Positions 54,415-64,000 of a DNA stretch of 64,000 nucleotides are shown here, piece by piece. Both the position numbers and the translations under genes were made by a program. Each line of letters opens with the position of its first letter. Within the stretch, counting starts at the first letter, position 1. This DNA comes from Tubiluchus corallicola (lineage: Eukaryota; Animalia; Priapulida). The notes under the pieces were generated by a model. It was given only the letters and a program-made list of their open reading frames with translations. It did no database searches and had not been told where the DNA came from. The stretch is taken from assembly GCA_030141605.1 (NCBI GenBank), contig JAQGDQ010000993.1:1-64000 (forward strand). The letters run 5' to 3'.

Positions 54415-57400
54415 CTTGTTGTAAAAAAAGTCAATGAGTTGATGTCGTTGCACTTAAATGACTTTCAAAACGATATGACATGTTGAAGAAGCAAGTTTGA
54501 GCTGCTCAAATATTGGAACGTTTAGCAATCACAATATGATTTCTAGTACAATGCAGTAACTATAGTAACGCGTCATCAGAATGAGCTTCGCCAACAATTA
54601 CCACAGTTCATAGAGCCGCTTGGTTTCTTCCCTTTCTTTACAGCACATGTAACTGCTATTAAGCCCTCAGTCTGTACATCATTTATTATTTGAATATATA
54701 TTAGAAAGCCAAGCCAAAAGAAATGATTTTATTAGCACGTTAGATTCGTACTATGTCTTCTCTAGCCAGGTTAATAATGCTATAAAAGCTTTTGCAAATC
54801 TTATCTCGGATAAATTTTTATCGTCTTTCGCCTGTATATAAATAGTCTGTTCGTGATGAAATTTTACAACTCTCGTCGTGTTTTCTATATGCTGTTTTGT
54901 TTTTATTTATGATTATGCGAATTAACATTAGAATTGGTAATTATGTTTATTATAATTGTACTCGCTGTTTGTCATTGTGTATAATGTGTGTAAATTTTTG
55001 TTACTAAGTATTAAAATATGTTAGTTATTGTTTATTATGTATGTATGTAGTGTTGGATTATAATTTTAAACTATGTCTATTGTATATTTGTTGTCGTTCA
55101 ATGTGTCTCATGCGTTGGATTCTAAATTATATATAAGTGAATATGTTTAATATGTTGTAAACGCTTTTAGAAATTTGAAACATATTGCTACAAATAGAGG
55201 GAATGTATTCTGTACATAGTTTTTAAAAATATAGAATTATAATAATAATAATAATAATTCCCTTTCTTCTCCATTGTCAACGGAGATTGGGATTTTTTCA
55301 GTCCTCCCTACAAAAAAATTATTGCGGGGATTTGAACTCGACCGTCTGCATGAAAATCCGGCATGCCATGACACTAATATTTTATTAAGTCAGTTGAAAT
55401 AGGCCTACTGAATTAAACAATGTAGGCCTATCGACGAACCTATCAATTTAGATATATAGATATAGATATTTATAGATATATATTTAGATATATATATAGA
55501 TATGTAGGCCTATCTACCTCTTTTGAAACGTCTCTGATTTAACTGTGGCCTCACAGATTTAACTGAGATTTGCAAATTTTTAACTCAAAGTGGCTTTTTT
55601 CTGTAGCTCTTTGCTCTGAACTTTTGTACAAACCTATTCGTTGTTTTTTTTATTAACGCACTAATACCTATAAATATTTTTGTGCCTAATAATAAATAAA
55701 TAAACACACTGAAATAGTTAGATGGGCACAAGAGATGCTTTAGTGTAAAGTTTACAATTCCCTACACACAAGAGATAAGTTCATGAAGTTATTAGGGTTC
55801 ATGAAGTTAGTCATGGAGTTCACGGATTAGGGTTAGGGTGGCTTAGGGTTAAGGTTGTAGTTATGGTTAGGGAGGGTTAGGGTTAGAGTAGCTTAATGTT
55901 AAGGTTAGGGTGCCTTAGGGTTTGGGTTAGGGTGGCTTAGGGTTAGGGTTAGAGTTAGAGTCATGGTTTAGGGTCAGAGTTAGGGTTAGGGTTAGAGTTA
56001 GGGTTAGGTGTAAGATATTTAAATTGTGTCGGGAATTGTAACTATTTATTAATATATCATCTCTTGTATCAATTTAACTATTTCAGTATTCGTATTTGTT
56101 ATCACCTTTTGAAATAATTTGTATCTTTTTATTCTAATCTCTGTACCAGTGCAATTTATATTTTAGGCCTGAAGCTGAGTAAATTATAAAGAGATCTATT
56201 GCAAATTGTATTTTTAAATTTTTCACACACCAACATTAGTTATCATTTAATGATGTTTTAAATTAGCTACCTGAAGTTTGTGTGCTGAATATAGACCTAA
56301 CTGTTATGATTGCAATGACTGATTGTATTAGGTTTATGAATGTAGGCTATTAAGCATATGCAAGCAGCAGTAACTGTTTCAGCAGCACTGTTTTCTCGTT
56401 GATTTTAAAAAGAGTACAAATAGACCATACCAAATCAAATATCGAAAAGAAAAATTAAGTAAATCAAATCAAATGAATTTAAAGCAAAAAGCTGTTGACG
56501 TACATCCTGATGTACAAACTGTTCGAATTCATCATCAGTTCGTTTGTTAGGTCAGTCTAACTGTCGGTTAGGTTAGCATTTGGTGATCTAAGTGTGGTTA
56601 ATATAAGTAAAAAAACTGGTTGCCAGCAGTGGCAGCTCGCGTGTAGGTACTGTGCTACTGCAGCGCCCCCTGTTTTCATTCATTATTATCGATGATATTC
56701 AATATAATAATCTGCTTTCTTTAGTTCTTTCTTTACACTTGTGCGGAACCGGAGCATGTGAGGGAAGTACAATTTGCTTCACAGTCCAAGCAACGTGATG
56801 TTTGGGCTGCTGTGCGCATGCGGCCATCGCACATATCTGAGGACAGACGCTGTACTTTAGGTAGAAAGAGTACTGTCGCTCACTGCAGTACTCGTTTGTC
56901 AGTTGTCACGTGTTTAAAAGGCGTGTATCGTAATATTCTTGAACTGCGACAATTTAAGCTATTCGTAAGAAAACAATATTTTTTGTTTAGTAGTTTATCA
57001 AGGTTATGTTTAAATTAGCTTATTTGTTTAAAATTACAATTACGGCATTATAATTGCATACGTTTGTTTCGTTTTACACAATATTAAAACAATGGTTAAA
57101 AGTTTTTTAATTTTGCGGCAACCCCTGCTAATTTTAGCTAAGAGTCGCCATTAGTTACCAGACTGAGCAAATCCCGGCCTCGTTTTGAGCTTAGGACTCC
57201 AGGACTACATACAGAATTATTATTACTTTGATATTCAAATTAAACGTCATAACTTCCCAGAATACATTGCATGTGTAATTGTTGCCATGGTGACTTTGTA
57301 GCAAGCTAGTTTCTGCTTTATTTACAAAAGATTCTTTTCCGTGCAAAAATAAGAAAATCATACAAATACCGTTCCAAGTCAAGATAAAAAGTTTGAAAAA

Positions 57401-57474
57401 AGAAACAATATTTTTGTGCATTGTTTTTCTCAAATTTGATATGCACTGTTGATGCAACATCTTTTACAGCAATC

Positions 57475-58220
57475 ATGCCCAAAGCAAAGGTCTATGTAAA
57501 TTTGGCACTCGCTTTACACACGTATAAATTAATTTTATTTGCTACACCACAGTCAGAAGCGAATAAGCTTTCTCAAGAAAAGGAAGAATCAATGGACAAC
57601 TTTGTAAAATCGGTATGTAAACAGTTTCTCTCTTATATCAATAAGTTATATTAATTATCTTAACGCAATCGAAGTAAACCTGCCACGCTGTAGTTGTACG
57701 CGTTTTTCATTGAACTGCTTATGTGTGTTGGAATAGCAAGATTTCTTTGGAAACAAAAATTAGAATATTCTCAGCCTTAGTTGAAACTGTATTTCTGTTC
57801 AACTCTGAGCTCTGGACATTAAAAGCAAATCATAAAGCTGAAATCGATGCGTTTCAAAGGCGAAATTACAGAAACATTTTGGGTATTAGATGGCCAAAGA
57901 AAAAATTTCAAACAAAGATCTATATAAAAAATAAAAGAAGAACATTGGACAAGAAAAATAAAAAGACGCCATTTAAAATGGATTGGGCATATGCTTACAC
58001 TACCTGATGATAGTCCAGTAAAGATAGCTCTCCAACAAGCCATAGAAACAGCTAAAAAACCTGCAAGAGGACAAATGTTAACACATTTAGATTTTGCACA
58101 TAAATATTTGAGCACTTCAGCATTGGTCCTTAGAAATAAATGTACTTGGGGCATTGCAGCGAGTAGGGAGTCCTGGCATAGGGAGGTGAGCAGAATCATG
58201 CCCCTGGACATGTGATTCAT

Positions 58221-58262
<42 letters not shown>

Positions 58263-59566
58263 TGTGTTGAATAACGTTATAATAAAAATTATTTCATTAT
58301 CAAACTATTATTTTTTATTTGATTTTACAAAACTATTCTGACACTGAATTTGGTTTGTTTGCATTCACAACTGCATATGAACAGAAACCTGTTTCTACGT
58401 ATTCTGCGTTTTGAATGATTTGAGTTCTACGACTTGCGTTAGTGTCAAAGTTAACTTTCAAGAAAGGTTTCTCCTATTATGGAGCCACACTGTGGAATGA
58501 ATTACCAAACTGTCTCCGAATGGCCGAAAATCTTGGGGAATTTAAACGTCTAATTAACTCATGGACTGGTGTATCATGTAAATGTGCCATTTGTAAATTC
58601 AGGGAACTTCCCAATTTTGTTAAGTCGTAATTAAATGCTGAAATGTTGGCAGGAAAAATTTTTATTGACCTAGATAGCTTTTTGTGTAAATTTTATAAAA
58701 TGTTACTGCCTAAAATTTTTACCGTCTCAATTCTTAACTGTCGCAGTTTTTTTACTGTCTTCATGTAGTTTTAATTTTTCTTGTACCAATACCTTTGGTA
58801 GCATCCAAAAGATTTAGGAAGTACATATTACCATGTTATCACTTATATACATTATGTGTGATATCGGTTTACGAACTTTAAGCTCATGTTTTACAAATAT
58901 GTACTGTTTTATATCATACCGATGAAAATAAATATTATCTTATCTTATCTTATCTCATCTCATCTCATCTCATCTCATCTCATCTCATCTCATCTCATCT
59001 CATCTCATCTCATCTCATCTCATCTCATACAGTTGTGGATTTGGTAAATGGTACAGGGTGGTGTAAAAAACAGTTATCAAGCCAAGGCGGCCCTAATTTA
59101 ATTGATGTTAGCCTAGCGACTGAAAAGACAACATTATAACAAAATTATAGACAAAATTAGCTTGTAATCATTATCATAAATTTTTAAACTCAAAAAATGT
59201 GAATTGAAAGAAAAAAATGAATAAAATGAATAATTTTAAGCAAAAAACTGCTCCGGAGTGTGAAGTAATGGATTGCTCGCTTAATCAGTTTTTCTGCCCA
59301 AATGCCTGGATATGCCGTTTCCAACACTATTCACTATTGTAGTGGATGTGTTACTGTGACAAAGTATCCGCTACCAAATTTTAGGTTTCTGTCTGCTCTA
59401 AAAACCCTTTTGAAATGCCTAACAAAATCTGGCGAGCTTTGGCTATCCTTGATTTTTACATCTCTGTTCAGCTACATTCGCAGGCTCATTTTGATCGCTG
59501 ATTTTCTCTCCCTCTTTCTCTCCCTCTCGCTCCCCCTCTCCCCCCTCTCTCTCTCTCTCGCTTCCT

Positions 59567-59615
<49 letters not shown>

Positions 59616-62600
59616 TCTCTCTCTCTCTGTTGGAGTTTGTGTTTCAAATGATTGTTTTTCAGCTGATGGGCTGTCACCATTTTGGACCAGGAATCAGCAT
59701 AGTCATGGTACGTGATGATGAAATCGTTTATAGCAAAGCATTTGGCTTGGCTGATGTAGAGACTGGAGAAGCCGTCTCGGTGACAAAAAGCTTTACGGCA
59801 ACACTACTAGCTAAACTAATGACGGAAAAAGAGCCAAATATTGAAAATAATTATCAGACGTAATTATACTCATCAGCTCCATAAGAACACATTCATATAA
59901 TCTTTCTAGACAAGATGAAATAGGCAGGGCAGTGTGCGTGAAATAGGCAGGGCAGGGCATCTTGTCACGAGCGGAGGGGCAGGGATAGGTATTTTGGATA
60001 AATAACTATCAAATATGTACAATTAATTGTGACAAACACATTCAGTCATGCCGGATGTACATTTCACTTATTTTATGTTATTTTCTACCAGGAAATACAG
60101 TTTTAACAGTAAAATACGGGATCTTCTTGGACAAGACATCAGACTTCACGATGAACAACGAACCGAACACGGTCTGTTGCAAGACCTGCTGGCTCACAGA
60201 ATGGGATCCCAGAGTTTTGATGGGTCCATGATTATGGGAGAACATCGGAACACTGACTCAAAACAACTGGCTAGGTATAAGAAAAGTAGGGCTATTCTTA
60301 GACCGTACATTAGTTTGGAATATAGTTCAAAATTACCCATTAGACATAATAAGCAAATTGTCTATTGCATTACTCTATAATAAGCAAATTGTTTCTGACA
60401 GTTAAATTTAGAAAACTATTTGAGAGCATATGACCAGTGCTAGATGGGTAAAACAATGGGTAGATGACATCAATGGGTAAAACAATGGGTAGATGACATC
60501 AATGGGTAAAACAATGGGTAGATGACATCAATGGGTAAAACAATGGGTAGATGACATCAATGGGTAAAACAATGGGTAGATGACATCAATGGGTAAAACA
60601 ATGGGTAGATGACATCAACGGTAAAACAATGGGAGATGACATCAATGGGTAAAACAATGGGTAGATGACATCAATGGGTAAAACAATGGGTAGATGACAT
60701 CAATGGGTAAAACAATGGGTAGATGACATCAATGGTAAAACAATGGGTAGATGACATCAATGGTAAAACAATGGGTAGATGACATCAATGGGTAAAACAA
60801 TGGGTAGATGACATCAATGGGTAAAACAATGGGTAGATGACATCAATGGGTAAAACAATGGGTAGATGACATCAATGGGTAAAACAATGGGTAGATGACA
60901 TCAATGGGTAAAACAATGGGTAGATGACATCAATGGGTAAAACAATGGGTAGATGACATCAATGGGTAAAACAATGGGTAGATGACATCAAGGGGTAAAA
61001 CAATGGGTAGATGACATCAATGGGTAAAACAATGGGTAGATGACATCAATGGGTAAAACAATGGGTAGATGACATCAATGGGTAAAACAATGGGTAGATG
61101 ACATCAATGGGTAAAACAATGGGTAGATGACATCAATGGGTAAAACAATGGGTAGATGACATCAATGGGTAAAACAATGGGTAGATGACATCAATGGGTA
61201 AAACAATGGGTAGATGACATCAATGGGTAAAACAATGGGTAGATGACATCAAGGGGTAAAACAATGGGTAGATGACATCAATGGGTAAAACAATGGGTAG
61301 ATGACATCAAGGGGTAAAACAATGGGTAGATGACATCAACCGGTAAAACAATGGATAGATGACATCAATGGGTAAAACAATGGGTAGATGACATCAATGG
61401 GTGAAACAATGGGTAGATGACATCAATGGGTAAAACAATGGATAGACGACATCAATGGGTAAAACAATGGGTAGATGACATCAATGGGCAAAACAATGGG
61501 TAGATGACATCAACCGGTAAAACAATGGGTAGATGACATCAACCGGTAAAACAATGGGTAGATGACATCAATGGGTAAAACAATGGGTAGATGACATCAA
61601 CCGGTAAAACAATGGGTAGATGACATCAATGGGTAAAACAATGGGTAGATGACATCAATGGGTAAAACAATGGGTAGACGACATCAATGGGTAAAACAAT
61701 GGGTAGATGACATCAACGGGTAAAACAATGGATAGATGACATCAACGGGTAAAACAATGGGTAGATGACATCAATGGGTAAAACAATGGGTAGATGACAT
61801 CAACGGGTAAAACAATGGGTAGATGACATCAATGGGTAAAACAATGGGTAGATGACATCAATGGGTAAAACAATGGGTAGATGACATCAACCGGTAAAAC
61901 AATGGGTAGATGACATCAATGGGTAAAACAATGGGTAGATGACATCAATGGGTAAAACAATGGGTAGACGACATCAATGGGTAAAACAATGGATAGATGA
62001 CATCAATGGGTAAAACAATGGGTAGATGACATCAATGGGTAAAACAATAGGAACAGCAACGCCACATGTTCATAATGTCGACTTTCAACGTTGTTGCTAT
62101 GCTCAGGAGTTATTTCTTGAAGCTGTCCAAAGCTTTTATTATTGGACCGGGTTCTGCTGATGTGGTACCATGCTTATTTGCTGTGCACACCATTTCTAGG
62201 AAGTTATAGTTGCCCATCTAAGTATGGCATGACCAAGAGCATGCAATAACAAAAACTAATAAAATTATGCTTCCCGAAAAAACTTTCCCTCTTCCAAAGC
62301 CATTGGGTACCATCTTCCATTAATTACTATACTTGGAGATTCTTAACATGACTTTGGTTCGATATAACAGCACTGATTAATTATCTAATTTAGTTCACAA
62401 TTAATTACAACTCTTGATTTGTTTTTTACCGATTTAGTAGTTTGCAATATTTGGAAGAAGTAGTACCATTTAGGACAGATTTCATCTACAGTAACAACTA
62501 TTACATGCTGGCGGGACGCATCGCTGAAGCCCTAGACGGTTCAGGTAAAACATACGAAGAGCTTGTTGAGGACCGCCTGTTGAAGCCACTCAAAATGAAT

Positions 62601-62710
62601 TCAGGTGCATGGATGAATCCATCTTTTCAGGATTGGAACATGACAGTCAAACCTCATATGTACATTCGTAAGAATGACAGCTTTATTAGGCATCACGATG
62701 AAGCAGTTAA
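57475..62710 (+). CDS. Right-arm copy of the beta-lactamase-family hydrolase (first 4 coding exons; remainder expected beyond the window)
   Basis: Exons 57475-57612, 59663-59859, 60092-60274 and 62438-62710. Translations match the left copy. Confidence 0.87.
60444..62048. repeat. Mirror copy of the 29-bp minisatellite
   Basis: Same span and same variant units, reverse complemented. Confidence 0.96.
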
Positions 62711-64000
62711 GTAAGTAGATGTAGTTAATGGAAAACCGGATGATCGTGTACAGATGAGTTCAGAATAAAGAATGCTCTAAAATATTGAAAACTACAATAG
62801 CTTTTATTAAATCAAAGCTTAGATTAAATAATAATTACCTCGGATACTGAAATTTCGTTAAACTTTCAAAGCTACGCACAGCTCAGTGAATCTACTAAGA
62901 CTGGCAACGACGCCTTTTTGTCACATTCGCGTGGCCGAGAAATAGAAGGCGGCAGCGGGATAACCATGATTACGAACTGTAGTGCTAGTTTCTGGCGTCA
63001 TACGATGTAAAGCCCATTTTTCGTGACATCACGCGTTTAAACAGTACTGTAACACTTATGCAAATGTGCTTGACGCGCACGGGAAGACGCCTGCCATTGC
63101 ACAAACTGTGGTTAGCTTCTGACGTAAGAGTAAAGTTTATAAGTTATGTTTATGAGCTGTGTCGTATAGTGGTAGTACTTGTTGGTGGATTATTGAGGAG
63201 GCCGCAGCCGTTTATTGACGTGAGGTGGTGACAAAGCTATAAGATCTGGATTGATGAGCGACTAACACATTTATTTCACAATAATATATTACATGGTAAA
63301 ATACATATCATAGCTCTGCCAAACCGCCCAAGATCTGTTCCTGCTTCCTCGAGATTCCCCGTGATCTGATCTCTCATTCCACTTGGCTTCCTTCAGCTTT
63401 TTGGACTCACAGCGCATGCGTTATAATTGTTGCTAGTCTGACAATTCAGACGGGCAATGTCCATATATGGAACTCAGTCACATGACAGCCGCACCTAAAA
63501 TCATGGCTTCATTTCTACATATCTCTCATATCCCCTTCATAGAGTCGTTTCATTACTGAACTACTAATACTAATCATACAATTATCATCTTCTCTTTACT
63601 GTAAGCAATAGCTGTGTTCGGTCGGCGTTAATTAACTTTCTAAGCTAATTATTCAAATATAAGGAACAATTGTTATAAGCAAGAAAATGTAGATTTTGCA
63701 TAGTAAATTAAAATGAGATTGAGTCTAAACAATAGCCCGGTCTTCCTTTAAAAAGACAAGATTACACGTGTTTGTGAAACTCATCCAAAATGGCGAATGT
63801 CGAAAATGACGATTATACTTACATGCATTATTTTTAATGAAAACCGCTTTAACACCTAAACGTACTAAAGAATAAGTTTTCTTTTCCCGAATAAAATAAA
63901 CAAAGGAAAAGCTCCCTGAAAGAAGTTAATTCTAACACCAGATGTAGTGGGGAACAGTATGACGTCAGAAACTAACACAACAGTTCATGATCATGGTTAT

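Overview
AT-rich, intron-containing animal (probably invertebrate) genomic DNA dominated by a giant inverted duplication. The left arm (8053-35270) is mirrored by the right arm (36752-64000, running off the window) around a unique 1481-bp spacer. Each arm carries five genes that I reconstructed from splice sites and reading phase: a secreted, probably GPI-anchored beta-lactamase-family serine hydrolase; a signal-peptide LRR/LRRCT protein; a class A GPCR with DRY replaced by SQY; a POMK-like kinase; and a secreted Gly/Pro-rich single-EGF protein. The inner breakpoint falls between the TATA box and the probable start site of the EGF gene and abuts a TTAA-flanked (Kolobok-like) element, so only the right copy keeps the native promoter. 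The arms differ by scattered SNPs and indels except for a ~12-kb block that appears identical. The rest is MITEs, LINE fragments, tRNA-derived pieces, microsatellites and minisatellites. Gene models are manual inferences without expression data, and an assembly artefact cannot be excluded from the sequence alone.
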